64,000 nt of DNA from an uncultured delta proteobacterium (GTDB lineage: Bacteria; Desulfobacterota; Desulfobacteria; Desulfobacterales; QNYZ01): positions 320,001-384,000 of the forward strand of contig CAWJQU010000002.1 of assembly GCA_963845145.1 (NCBI GenBank). Reading direction: 5' to 3'. This document shows positions 37,502 to 47,196 of the stretch, piece after piece (within the stretch, counting starts at the first letter, position 1; the number at the start of each line of letters is the position of its first letter). The position numbers and the translations under genes were made by a program. Under the pieces are notes generated by a model. The model saw only the letters and a list, made by a program, of their open reading frames with translations, searched no databases and was not told the origin of the DNA.

Positions 37502-40153
37502 ATGAGTGCGCTTAAAAAGACCGTCCTTTATGATCGTCACGTGGCCCTGGGCGCCCAGATGGTAGAATTTGGGGGCTGGGATATGCCCATCCAGTACCCG
37601 TCCGGCATCATCTCCGAACACCTTTTGACCCGTAAAGAAGCCGGCCTTTTCGATGTCTCCCATATGGGACGGTTTGTTTTTCGGGGAAAGGATGCCCTCC
37701 CCTTTCTTCAACATGTTTTGACCAATAATGCCGCGGCACTGGATGTGAATGAAAGCCAATACACCATCATCGCCAATGCCGGCGGCGGCGCCGTTGACGA
37801 CGCCTATCTTTACCGATTCAGGGAAGATGAATACCTGCTGGTAGTCAATGCCGCCAACCGGGATAAGGACTGGGCACATTTTGATGCCCTTAAAAAAGAT
37901 TTTCCCTCCCTGAGCTGTGAGGACAATTCCGAAGCCATTGCCATGATCAGTCTTCAGGGACCGCTGTCTAAACAGATCATTGAAGCGTCTATCGAAAAAG
38001 GAATACTTCCCGATCCGGTTAGAAACGCCCTGGGTACCGTGACCATCGGCGGAGAGCAGGTTCAGATAGGTCGGACCGGCTATACCGGCGAACCGCTTTG
38101 CTTTGAGTTGTTCGTGCCGGCCGAAGCGGGCCCCGCCGTTTGGGATCAGATGCTGGAAAAAGGTGCGCACCCCATCGGCTTGGGCGCCAGGGATACCTTA
38201 CGTCTCGAGGCGGGTTTGCCCCTTTACGGACACGAATTGGGACAGGACCCCGATGACAAAGAGATCCCCATTTTTGCCTTGGATCTTGCCCGCGTGGCGG
38301 TCAGTTTTTCGCCGTTGAAGGGCAATTTTGTCGGCCGGGAACCGCTCAAGCGCCAATTCGACGCCTATGAAAAATTGACAGACCGTGATTTTTCACTGAT
38401 CGATAACCTGCCCTACCGCATCCGGCCGATAGCCCTGACCGATCGCGGCGTGGCCCGGGCGGGAAGCCGCGTCATGGCCGATGGCCACCCGGTGGGCTAT
38501 ATCACCAGCGGTACCATGGTGCCCTTCTGGAACGTTGACGGGATCGGGACGGCCTCGAAACTAATCGATACCAAAGGCCGGCGGGCCATCGGCCTGGCCT
38601 ATCTGGACAGCCGCCTCAACGATGGTGATATCGTCGAGATTGACATCAGGAATAAAAAGATCCGGGCGGTGATCGTTCCCTATCACCTTCGCAGTGAAGC
38701 GCCACCCTATGCCCGCGCCGTCCTGCCGGACCAACTCTACCCTGTCCGCACGACAAGCGATCTGCCCATCGAAACAACCGACCGCATCAGCCACCTGCTG
38801 AAACGAGCGATTGATAACAGCACCTGGCGTCAGCAGCAATGCATCAACCTGATCCCCTCGGAACAGACGGCATCCACCTTGAGCCGCGTTCTCACTATCA
38901 TGGATCCTTCCGGGCGTTACGCCGAACACAAGAAGGTCAAGGCCTTCGGCGAAGCGGATGTTTTTTACTATCAAGGGGCTGATTTTATTTGCGACATCGA
39001 ACAGATGCTCCAGGACGCGCTCTTGGAATACTTAGGGTGTGGTCAGGTAGAAACCCGCACCATTTCCGGCCAGATGGCCAACACAACCGTTTTCAGTGCG
39101 CTGGTGGACTATCTCAACCGGGCCGACCGCAAGAACGAACAAAGGCGGATTCGAAAGGTGATTAACCACCATATTATTCGCGGCGGGCACCTATCGGCCC
39201 AACCCATGGGGGCGCTACGCGACTTTGTGGCCCGGGACCCGCAAATGGAAAAACCGGCCGTGATCAATTTTCCGGTGATCCCTGAAAATCCATACCTGGT
39301 TGATATCGACGCCTGCCGTGATTTAATTGAGGTGCATCAACCCGAACTGATTATCATGGGGCGGAGCATGACAATCTACCGCGAACCGGTCGCAGCCCTC
39401 AGGCAAATGGTGGACGAACTGGCACCGGGATGCGTCCTGATGTATGACATGGCCCACGTACTGGGCCTGGTGGGTCCCCACTTCCAGGATCCCTTCAAGG
39501 AGGGGGCCGATATTGTGACCGGGTCGACTCACAAAACCTTTTTCGGCACCCAGCGGGGAATTGTGGCCGCCGATTGGGACCGCATGGATGACCGCTTCAT
39601 GCTATGGGAGGCCATCGAACGACGCGCGTTTCCCGGCGGGGTCAGCAACCACCATCTCGGCACCCTGTTAGGCCTTTTGTTGGCCACCTATGAGATGAAT
39701 CATTTCAAGGATGAATACCAGCACCAGGTTGTCACCAACGCCAAGGCCTTTGCCAAAGCGCTGGCTGACCAGGGTCTGGATGTCGCCGGCGACCCCGACA
39801 TATCGTTTACCGAAACACATCAGGTGATCTTGAATGTCGGGTATGCGAAGGGGCCCGAAATCGCGCAGCGCCTGGAAAATAACAATATCGTTTTAAACTA
39901 CCAGGCCTCACCGGTGGAAGAGGGGTTTACGGCCTCGGGCTCGTTGCGCATCGGTGTGGCGGAAATGACACGCTTTGGTATGGTTGCATCCGACTTCGAA
40001 CAAGTGGCCGAATTAATGAAAGATGTCATTATACACCAAAAAGATGTGAAGCAGGCGGTAGCTGATTTCCGCCGCCAATTTCTGACCATGCGATATTGCT
40101 TCAATGTCGCCGATTTTCAGGATCTGTTTGAGAAAATTCACGCATTAATCTGA
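37502..40153 (+). CDS. gcvT-glyA: Fusion of glycine cleavage aminomethyltransferase T and serine hydroxymethyltransferase
   Basis: GcvT motifs (GLFDVSHMG, RTGYTGE, GLGARDTLRLEAGLPLYG) followed in frame by SHMT motifs (INLIPSE, YYQG, YDMAH, GSTHKT). Confidence 0.92.
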   Translation: MSALKKTVLYDRHVALGAQMVEFGGWDMPIQYPSGIISEHLLTRKEAGLFDVSHMGRFVFRGKDALPFLQHVLTNNAAALDVNESQYTIIANAGGGAVDDAYLYRFREDEYLLVVNAANRDKDWAHFDALKKDFPSLSCEDNSEAIAMISLQGPLSKQIIEASIEKGILPDPVRNALGTVTIGGEQVQIGRTGYTGEPLCFELFVPAEAGPAVWDQMLEKGAHPIGLGARDTLRLEAGLPLYGHELGQDPDDKEIPIFALDLARVAVSFSPLKGNFVGREPLKRQFDAYEKLTDRDFSLIDNLPYRIRPIALTDRGVARAGSRVMADGHPVGYITSGTMVPFWNVDGIGTASKLIDTKGRRAIGLAYLDSRLNDGDIVEIDIRNKKIRAVIVPYHLRSEAPPYARAVLPDQLYPVRTTSDLPIETTDRISHLLKRAIDNSTWRQQQCINLIPSEQTASTLSRVLTIMDPSGRYAEHKKVKAFGEADVFYYQGADFICDIEQMLQDALLEYLGCGQVETRTISGQMANTTVFSALVDYLNRADRKNEQRRIRKVINHHIIRGGHLSAQPMGALRDFVARDPQMEKPAVINFPVIPENPYLVDIDACRDLIEVHQPELIIMGRSMTIYREPVAALRQMVDELAPGCVLMYDMAHVLGLVGPHFQDPFKEGADIVTGSTHKTFFGTQRGIVAADWDRMDDRFMLWEAIERRAFPGGVSNHHLGTLLGLLLATYEMNHFKDEYQHQVVTNAKAFAKALADQGLDVAGDPDISFTETHQVILNVGYAKGPEIAQRLENNNIVLNYQASPVEEGFTASGSLRIGVAEMTRFGMVASDFEQVAELMKDVIIHQKDVKQAVADFRRQFLTMRYCFNVADFQDLFEKIHALI

Positions 40154-40193
40154 TCGTCACGGCCGGTCGGTAATAATTTTCATAGCGTTTCCG

Positions 40194-41723
40194 TTACGGG
40201 CGCCAGGAGCGAACCTTGATGGCGTCCGGAAAGGCCTGTGGCTTGTAGATAGACTTATTGCGCAAAACACGCAGACACTCCTGGATCCCCTCGGACATGG
40301 TGGGATGGGGGTAAAGGGATTTAAGGACATCGCCGATCCCCTTGTCTTGATCCATCAGTAGCGCCACCGTCATGATCGTGCTTGACGCCTGGGGGCCGGC
40401 CGCCCGCATCCCCAGTATTTTCTGTTTTTTATCATCGCTGACGATAATCTTTACAAACCCGTTGGTGGAGCGCATGGCGATGGCGCGGTTCACCAGGGAA
40501 ATGGCATAATAGGCCACCCGATACGCTATATTTTGCTCCCGGCATTGCTTTTCATTGAGGCCGACAGCCGCCACCGGCGGATAGAAAAACATCACGGTCG
40601 ACATATTATCATAACTGAGCGGCCATCGGTTTTTTCCGTACATATGTTTAATGGCATAGCGGCCTTCCGCTTCAGCCAGGTTGACTAAAGCCGGGTGCGC
40701 TGTCACATCCCCGGCGGCATAGATGTTGTGGCTCACCAGACAATTTTCATCAGCGGGGAGATAGCCTCTGTCATCCGGGTGAAGCCCTACTTTCTCAAGG
40801 CCCAATCCCTCAAGGTTGGGAACCCTACCCACGGATAGCAACAAGGCATCGACTTCCATGCGCCGGTTTTGATTCTCTCCCAATCGAATGTCGACGGCCA
40901 GGTGATCAGGCATCTGTTTGATTCCCTGCAATCGGGCCGAATGTAAAATTTCCACGCCGTGTCGCCGCAGGTGATCCCCCACAAAACGGCTGATATCCTG
41001 ATCTTCAAAAGGCAGGATACGGTTCTTATGATCCAGAAGTGAGACTCGGGTATGGCCGAAACTTGAAAAGATGGTCGCATATTCACAACCGACAATGCCG
41101 GCCCCGACAATCATCAGGCGCCGGGGAAAGGCTTTTAGCCGCAAAACACCGTCTGAGTCCAGAACCCGTTTCTGATCAATGGGGATGTCCGGTAAATGTC
41201 GAGGCCTGGACCCGGTCGCGATCAAAAAATAGTCCGCCGTGATTACTTCCGCTTGACGCCCCCTGCGAATCACGGCCATTTGGTTGGGGGAAATAAAGGT
41301 GCCGTGTCCCCGTTTCAAGGTTACGGATCCGGGCCCGGGCCAGTGCTCCGGTGAAAAGGTCGACAGTTGGGTTCGCATCTGAGATTGCTTTTCGCGAACG
41401 GCGGCCAACACCGTCTTTCGCATGGCTGCGTAGTCCATCGTCAGCGCTTCAGCACGATAGCCCCGATCGGTTTGTCGGGCCACATGGTAATCTTTGGCCA
41501 ACTCCCACATGGTTTTGGAAGCCAGGGCCCCCCACATGACACCGGCCCCGCCGAGCTGGGCTTTTTCCAATAGACAGATGTTTTTGCCCAGATCAAGCCC
41601 CCGCATGGCACCGGCAAATCCGCCAGGTCCGCCACCGAGGATACAAATATCATAATGGGATGATTTCGTTGGGGTCATAGGGGTCATAAAGGATTCCGTA
41701 TACGTTTGGCCGTCGGTCGGCAT
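40194..41723 (-). CDS. Pyridine nucleotide-disulfide oxidoreductase homolog (Lpd/SthA-like) lacking redox cysteines
   Basis: GGGPGG, ATGSRP, GAGIVGCE, IYAAGD, HPTMSE; GGAGVMWGA in place of GGxCxxxGC; start uncertain (41723 chosen from the RBS). Confidence 0.85.
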   Translation of the reverse strand: MPTDGQTYTESFMTPMTPTKSSHYDICILGGGPGGFAGAMRGLDLGKNICLLEKAQLGGAGVMWGALASKTMWELAKDYHVARQTDRGYRAEALTMDYAAMRKTVLAAVREKQSQMRTQLSTFSPEHWPGPGSVTLKRGHGTFISPNQMAVIRRGRQAEVITADYFLIATGSRPRHLPDIPIDQKRVLDSDGVLRLKAFPRRLMIVGAGIVGCEYATIFSSFGHTRVSLLDHKNRILPFEDQDISRFVGDHLRRHGVEILHSARLQGIKQMPDHLAVDIRLGENQNRRMEVDALLLSVGRVPNLEGLGLEKVGLHPDDRGYLPADENCLVSHNIYAAGDVTAHPALVNLAEAEGRYAIKHMYGKNRWPLSYDNMSTVMFFYPPVAAVGLNEKQCREQNIAYRVAYYAISLVNRAIAMRSTNGFVKIIVSDDKKQKILGMRAAGPQASSTIMTVALLMDQDKGIGDVLKSLYPHPTMSEGIQECLRVLRNKSIYKPQAFPDAIKVRSWRP

Positions 41724-41849
41724 ATTAGAGCCTTTTCTCCGACGTCCTATTTTGTTACATTCCGTCTTGGACATCCATTTCAAACAGACTGAAAACAGAT
41801 TTAAAAAACAACTTTCCGGAACTCATATCACCGGCCGGGTAAAAAATCC

Positions 41850-42740
41850 ATGATCCCTCCTGACAAAACCGCGACCACTCGGCGAATGGTACCCACCCAT
41901 GAGGGCCTGTCACGGCCCCAAGCCAATACATTTGGACTGGTTCTGTCATCGGCAAAAATGTCTTATCAAGTTGTCCGGGCCCTAAAAGGATACGAGATCC
42001 GGGTACCGGAAAACATCAAAACCGAAGCCATTACATTGATCGAAACATACCTGGCCGAAAACACGACCAGCGATGAAGTTGCACCTGAATCGCCCTGGCC
42101 CATCACGCGCACTTTGGCAGGCATCTGGATGGCTTTGATTTTGGTGGGCAGCCATCTTTACATCACGACCACAGGCCAAACAGCCACCATACGACAACTC
42201 TACCGGGCCTCTGCCGACAAAATACTTCAAGGGGAACTTTACCGTATCTGTACGGCCTTGCTACTCCATGCCGACGCGCTACACCTGGTGGGCAATGTCA
42301 TCGGGCTGGCCTTGTTTGCCACGGTTGTCTGCAGTACAGCAGGGTTTGGGGTCGGAGGGTTAATGATCCTCATTTCAGGTATGGTGGGGAACCTGTCAAA
42401 CGCCCTTTTATTTCAAACAGGCCATCACTCAATCGGTGCGTCGACAGCTGTTTTCGGTGCGGTAGGCCTTGCCGCGGCCCATCAATTCATTGTGAAATGG
42501 CGACAACACCATCGGCACTTTAAGGCCTGGATTCCCTTAGGAGGTGGGTTGGCCCTGCTCGGTATGATGGGATCGAGTATTAATACCGACCTGACCGCTC
42601 ACCTTTTTGGATTTGTGGCAGGTTTTTGTATGGGCCTCCTCTTCTCCGCGCCACGGCAGGAACCACCGGGGAAGCCCGCTCAATATGGATGTCTCCTAGT
42701 GGCGGTAGTCCTCGTAATGGCTTCTTTCGTGATCAACTGA
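41850..42740 (+). CDS. Rhomboid family protease with N-terminal soluble domain
   Basis: LLHADALHLVGN, IGASTAVFG, TDLTAHLFG. Confidence 0.85.
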   Translation: MIPPDKTATTRRMVPTHEGLSRPQANTFGLVLSSAKMSYQVVRALKGYEIRVPENIKTEAITLIETYLAENTTSDEVAPESPWPITRTLAGIWMALILVGSHLYITTTGQTATIRQLYRASADKILQGELYRICTALLLHADALHLVGNVIGLALFATVVCSTAGFGVGGLMILISGMVGNLSNALLFQTGHHSIGASTAVFGAVGLAAAHQFIVKWRQHHRHFKAWIPLGGGLALLGMMGSSINTDLTAHLFGFVAGFCMGLLFSAPRQEPPGKPAQYGCLLVAVVLVMASFVIN

Positions 42741-42785
42741 TCCGTCCACAAGCGGGTGATTACCTCTTGATACCCGGTGATTTGC

Positions 42786-43076
42786 CTAATCGTTGCGGTA
42801 AATGGCGTACTCGGTTGGTTCACCCAGAAGCGCATCGATTTTAGCCTGAATGTTGATCCGTTGATCGTTGTGAAACCAGCGATTCCAATCTTCAAGCGAC
42901 TGCCAGGTACTGATCACCAGGTATTCATCCTGGCCGTCAATCCGCTTTAAGGTTTCCCCGGAAATATGAGGTTGTTCTCTGGTGGCCAGCGCCCGCATTT
43001 GCCGCAGTAAGGGCGCCAAATCCTCGGCTTTGTTAAGCGGTACATGCCTTTTGATCACGACTTTAACGCTCATCAT
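42786..43076 (-). CDS. ABM family protein (paralog of 6623-6919)
   Basis: QPHISGETLK, LVISTWQS; AAGGAGG RBS before ATG 43076. Confidence 0.85.
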   Translation of the reverse strand: MMSVKVVIKRHVPLNKAEDLAPLLRQMRALATREQPHISGETLKRIDGQDEYLVISTWQSLEDWNRWFHNDQRINIQAKIDALLGEPTEYAIYRND

Positions 43077-43355
43077 GGTCCTCCTTTTTTTTGCAAACTT
43101 CAAAGTAATTGGGCCCTCAGCCGGCGACGGTAAGGGTTCGCCGAACGGGCCGCATTGAGTTTCTATAGAAGGTTTGGCGTGAACGAAAAACAAGCTAAAA
43201 GGGTAATGATTATCACATACCGGAGCCTTGAAGGACATGCCGGTAAAATTGCCATGATCGTCAACAGATTATTAGGTAGGACTTATCATTGCGATTATGA
43301 TACCGTAATGACACCTGAATGTCAATTTCGACGGTTCCCAAAATACACAAAGACC

Positions 43356-44963
43356 ATGATCTATGAACACAAATTTCCTTTATTGGCACGCATAAGCAAC
43401 GAGATCTTCCAGACCCTGGCCAGAACATTTCCGGTGACATCGGCCAGCGATGAATTTCCCGAATTTCCCCAGGTTGTGGAATCCGAACCACGATGGGACC
43501 ATTGGGACTGCTTTTCCGAAGCGCAGATTGAAACGATAGCTCGAAAGTTGTTGAATTGGGAAAATCAGCTGGCACACATCCCATCCGGGACCATACCTTC
43601 CGATCATGAAAAAAGAGGCGAAAAAATCGCCCTGCACGCCCGGATCGATCGTACCCATTTAATCAATGCGGTCCGCAATCTTCGCGAACACCTGACGCTC
43701 ACCCGCCGCTGGGAGCGCCAACCCACTTTCTATTTGACCATCGCCGCCATTGGTATGGCCGAAGCCCTTGGGGACCCGGACCCGGCCGCAAGCCGAAAAC
43801 GCGCTTCCGGACTATCTGGCTTTTTTGACCAGGCGGCCGAAAACCTAACCCGCATACCCGTCTTGTTTAAACACCTGGGCCTTGAAATGGCAGCCGATGT
43901 CCGGCAATACCTTATCCGGCTGTCCCGTACACTTCCTGAATTAGTGCCGGCTCTAGCAGCGTTAGGCAGATTTGAGGCAGCCTTGAGACAGCTTCCCACC
44001 ACGCGCCGATTTCATCTGCCGGCAGAACGTTTAGAGCGGTTGATTCGTTACCATCTAAACACCGGCATGGATGTAGAAACGGTCAATGCGAGCCTTGAAG
44101 TGGAAATTCGCCAAACCAGACGATTACTCAACCGTATTACCCACCGTCGGTTTGGCGACGCATCGTTAGAGGCGGCCTATAGCCAAATACCGCTACCTGA
44201 AATTGGCACCGAAGGCCTACTATATCTATACCGTCGAGAGGTTGATCGCCTGGCACAATTTTTAGAAAAAGCCGCCATTCTGCCAGTCGCCTCGCCCCAC
44301 GCCTGCCCGGTAAGGGTCAAACCGGTCCCCGCCTTCTTATCCGCCACTCGTTCAGCGTCGAGCTATAGTATCCCCCCAAAGCACCCCCCCAATGGCGGGA
44401 CATTCTATGTGATAAATGCTGATGATCCTGCCGAAGCCACCCGAGATTATCAGCGGGAATACCAGATTTTAACCGCCCATGAGACCTACCCGGGGCATCA
44501 CCTCCTGGACGCCGCTCGCTGGCAGCTGGACAACCCCATTCGACGGGTCATCGAACACCCCGTTTTCTACGAAGGCTGGGCCTGTTTTGCCGAGGAGTTG
44601 ATATTTCGCATGGGTTATCTCAGGGGACACCACAATCTTCTCATGTTGATCCGGCGCCGTTTTTGGCGTGCCCTTCGGGGGAAAGTTGATCTGGGGCTGC
44701 AAACCGGAACCATGGACCTTGAAACGGCCGCACAGATTCTGAATCAGGCCGGTCTTACCCTTTCACAGGCACGGGCGGTGGTGCGCAAGTACGCATTGAA
44801 CCCCGGTTACCAGATATGTTATACCGTTGGCTATCAGCAATTCAGGAAATTATTTGATACGTTCGGCCGGGGGCGACTCCCCCAATTTGTCCAGACCGTA
44901 CTATCTCAAGGCGAAATTCACTTCGAGGATCTGACAGCTGTATTAAAAACATCTCTGGTCTAA
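43356..44963 (+). CDS. DUF885 family protein (predicted zinc metallopeptidase)
   Basis: AHETYPGHH, FYEGWACFAE, RALRGKVDLGL, NPGYQICYTVG; start uncertain (ATG 43356). Confidence 0.8.
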   Translation: MIYEHKFPLLARISNEIFQTLARTFPVTSASDEFPEFPQVVESEPRWDHWDCFSEAQIETIARKLLNWENQLAHIPSGTIPSDHEKRGEKIALHARIDRTHLINAVRNLREHLTLTRRWERQPTFYLTIAAIGMAEALGDPDPAASRKRASGLSGFFDQAAENLTRIPVLFKHLGLEMAADVRQYLIRLSRTLPELVPALAALGRFEAALRQLPTTRRFHLPAERLERLIRYHLNTGMDVETVNASLEVEIRQTRRLLNRITHRRFGDASLEAAYSQIPLPEIGTEGLLYLYRREVDRLAQFLEKAAILPVASPHACPVRVKPVPAFLSATRSASSYSIPPKHPPNGGTFYVINADDPAEATRDYQREYQILTAHETYPGHHLLDAARWQLDNPIRRVIEHPVFYEGWACFAEELIFRMGYLRGHHNLLMLIRRRFWRALRGKVDLGLQTGTMDLETAAQILNQAGLTLSQARAVVRKYALNPGYQICYTVGYQQFRKLFDTFGRGRLPQFVQTVLSQGEIHFEDLTAVLKTSLV

Positions 44964-45007
44964 TCGGTTATCGATCCATTCAACCCATCAACGCAGGAGT
45001 CAATTCA

Positions 45008-46408
45008 TTGCAAGCAGGCGAATTTATCGGGTATCACTCGGAATGGAACCTCGGCAGCCCCGGGGGCTGGGATTATCAGCGCATCACCCAGGAGATCGGC
45101 CAGGCGGTCTGGGCCCATCTTAGACAACGCGGGGCACCGAATATCAACCTCGATTTCAGCCATCGGCTCTTTTCCCCGGTCGACGAATTTATCGATTTGC
45201 TGGCCGATGTCCACCGGTCGCGTGAAGGCCGCAACCCCGGTCTGATCGCAGTGGTGGCCGAAGAAGAGACCCTTGATGATGTGATTGAAAACCAGAACCT
45301 GGCCCATCGTATCAGCCGAATCGACGGTTTGGAGGGCATTCTGACCGCGCCCCAGGGAATCGAATCGGTAAATGGGCGCGTCTGTTTTGAAGGCCGGCCC
45401 GTATCGTTGATTTTTATGGATTTTAACACCGACGTATTGCTCACCCTGCATCGCCGGGATAACTTGGCCCCATTGCTGCAAGCTGTACGGGAAAACCGGG
45501 TTATCAATCCCAGGGGCACCGAACCGATCAATGTCAAAAGTGTTTTTGAGCTGATCACCGACCCGGAAAAAAACCAGCCGTTTTCCAAATCCACCATCAA
45601 CCACACACCGTGGACACGTCGATTTTTTGACCGGCGGACCTTAGGACCCAGTGGTGAACCTATTGACGACCTTTTAAAATGGACACGAACCCATTGGGAG
45701 AATTTGGTATTAAAACCAGTGAGAGGCTATTCCGGCAAAGGCGTCCGTGTCGGAGGGGTTCACCCTGATGCCGACCAGGCGATCACTAAGGCGCTTGAAG
45801 CGGGGGACTACATCGTCCAGCAAAAAGTTCCCCTCCCCCTTTGGGCGGAAAAGATACCGGAAATGACCAAGGGGACCCGGCAAGTAGTCTTGACCCAATA
45901 CCAGACCGATTTCAGGTGCCTGTTCGGCCCCGATCGGTTGGTAGGCTTTGTGGGACGATACGGCCAAGTACCCACCAATGTGGGCAGTGGTGGTGGGTTT
46001 CAGCCCCTCGCCCTTTTGGATGCCGATATGTCTGTGGGCGAGGCCACACATCGAATCAATGAGGCCATCCTCGAAATGCCTGACGAAAGCGTGCTTGAGG
46101 CCATTGCGTTACAGGAAAAGATGGCACTGGCAGAACAGTTCACATATTTGCTGGGCCCGGTTAAAATGGCCCTGCGGCCGCGACTGCTGACCGCGGCCCA
46201 GGTGACATCATTGGCCGGCTATTGCAAAGCAATCTGGAACGACTGTTTAACCCTGGAAAAAATGTGGATGGATGGTCATCTCGACGACCTGATCGATATC
46301 GAACCGGAAGAGCTGGCTATTGCCCGGTCCCAGCCTTGGAAAGGATCTTTTGCGCTGCTGGCTTCGGATGGTATTTTCAGCTTCGGCGCACACCTTGACT
46401 CGCCATGA
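45008..46408 (+). CDS. Circularly permuted ATP-grasp (glutathione/glutathionylspermidine synthetase-like) ligase
   Basis: EWNLGSPGG, INPRG...K, PWTR, LVLKPVRGYSGKGVRVG, YIVQQKV, TNVGSGGG; AGGAG RBS before TTG. Confidence 0.7.
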   Translation: MQAGEFIGYHSEWNLGSPGGWDYQRITQEIGQAVWAHLRQRGAPNINLDFSHRLFSPVDEFIDLLADVHRSREGRNPGLIAVVAEEETLDDVIENQNLAHRISRIDGLEGILTAPQGIESVNGRVCFEGRPVSLIFMDFNTDVLLTLHRRDNLAPLLQAVRENRVINPRGTEPINVKSVFELITDPEKNQPFSKSTINHTPWTRRFFDRRTLGPSGEPIDDLLKWTRTHWENLVLKPVRGYSGKGVRVGGVHPDADQAITKALEAGDYIVQQKVPLPLWAEKIPEMTKGTRQVVLTQYQTDFRCLFGPDRLVGFVGRYGQVPTNVGSGGGFQPLALLDADMSVGEATHRINEAILEMPDESVLEAIALQEKMALAEQFTYLLGPVKMALRPRLLTAAQVTSLAGYCKAIWNDCLTLEKMWMDGHLDDLIDIEPEELAIARSQPWKGSFALLASDGIFSFGAHLDSP

Positions 46409-47181
46409 CGATCAAAGTAAAAAAAAATTGGTGGAAAACGCTTTTCGACGATTTGTACCTTCAAACCGACGCCCGCTCGGTTTGTGATGAGGCCTTAACC
46501 CGCCGGGAAGTTGATTTTTTAGTTGAAAAACTAGATTTGAATCAATCCGATTTCCTTCTGGATCTTTGCGGCGGTCACGGCCGCCATGCCCTGGAGTTTT
46601 CACGGCGTGGATTTCACCACATAATGGTCTTGGACTATTCCGAATGCCTACTACAATACGGTCTGCACGCCGCCCGTCGGAACCGACTCTCCACGGCCTT
46701 TATTCAAGGTGATGCGCGCTGCCTGGGGTTTGCCGCGCATACATTTAAAGCAGTACTGATGATGGGGTGCTCTTTCGGGTATTTCACCGATGACAATGAA
46801 AACAGCCGAATTTTAAACACGATTTACCGAACCCTTCAGCCCTCCGGAAAACTACTACTCGACTTGCCGCACCGCGAATACGTCATTCAACATTTTACCC
46901 CTCGCATCAGTCACCAGGTGGATGGGCTGGAAGTGATTCGCACAAGGGAGCTGCGAAACGACACTATCTACGCCCGGGAAGAAGTCATCTCACCCGCCAA
47001 AGGATCCCTTCGGGTCAACCATTACTGCACCCGTCTGTACAATCCGGAAACCATCACTAAGTTGTTAGCCTCCAGTGGATTCGGTGACATTCATTGTAAC
47101 TTGGACTTTATGGATCGCTCGGGCGAGGGCAATTACGGTACCATGACCAATCGCATGGTGGTCACGGCCGATAGGCCTTAG
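46405..47181 (+). CDS. Class I SAM-dependent methyltransferase
   Basis: LLDLCGGHGRH, LDYS, QGDAR, SFGYF, LQPSGKLLLD; ATGA overlap with the upstream gene. Confidence 0.88.
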   Translation: MTIKVKKNWWKTLFDDLYLQTDARSVCDEALTRREVDFLVEKLDLNQSDFLLDLCGGHGRHALEFSRRGFHHIMVLDYSECLLQYGLHAARRNRLSTAFIQGDARCLGFAAHTFKAVLMMGCSFGYFTDDNENSRILNTIYRTLQPSGKLLLDLPHREYVIQHFTPRISHQVDGLEVIRTRELRNDTIYAREEVISPAKGSLRVNHYCTRLYNPETITKLLASSGFGDIHCNLDFMDRSGEGNYGTMTNRMVVTADRP

Positions 47182-47196
47182 TGGGAGAACACACAT

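Noticed and set aside
43202..43220. Fur-box-like GGTAATGATTATCACATAC
   Set aside because: The right half matches poorly and the flanking genes have no evident iron role.
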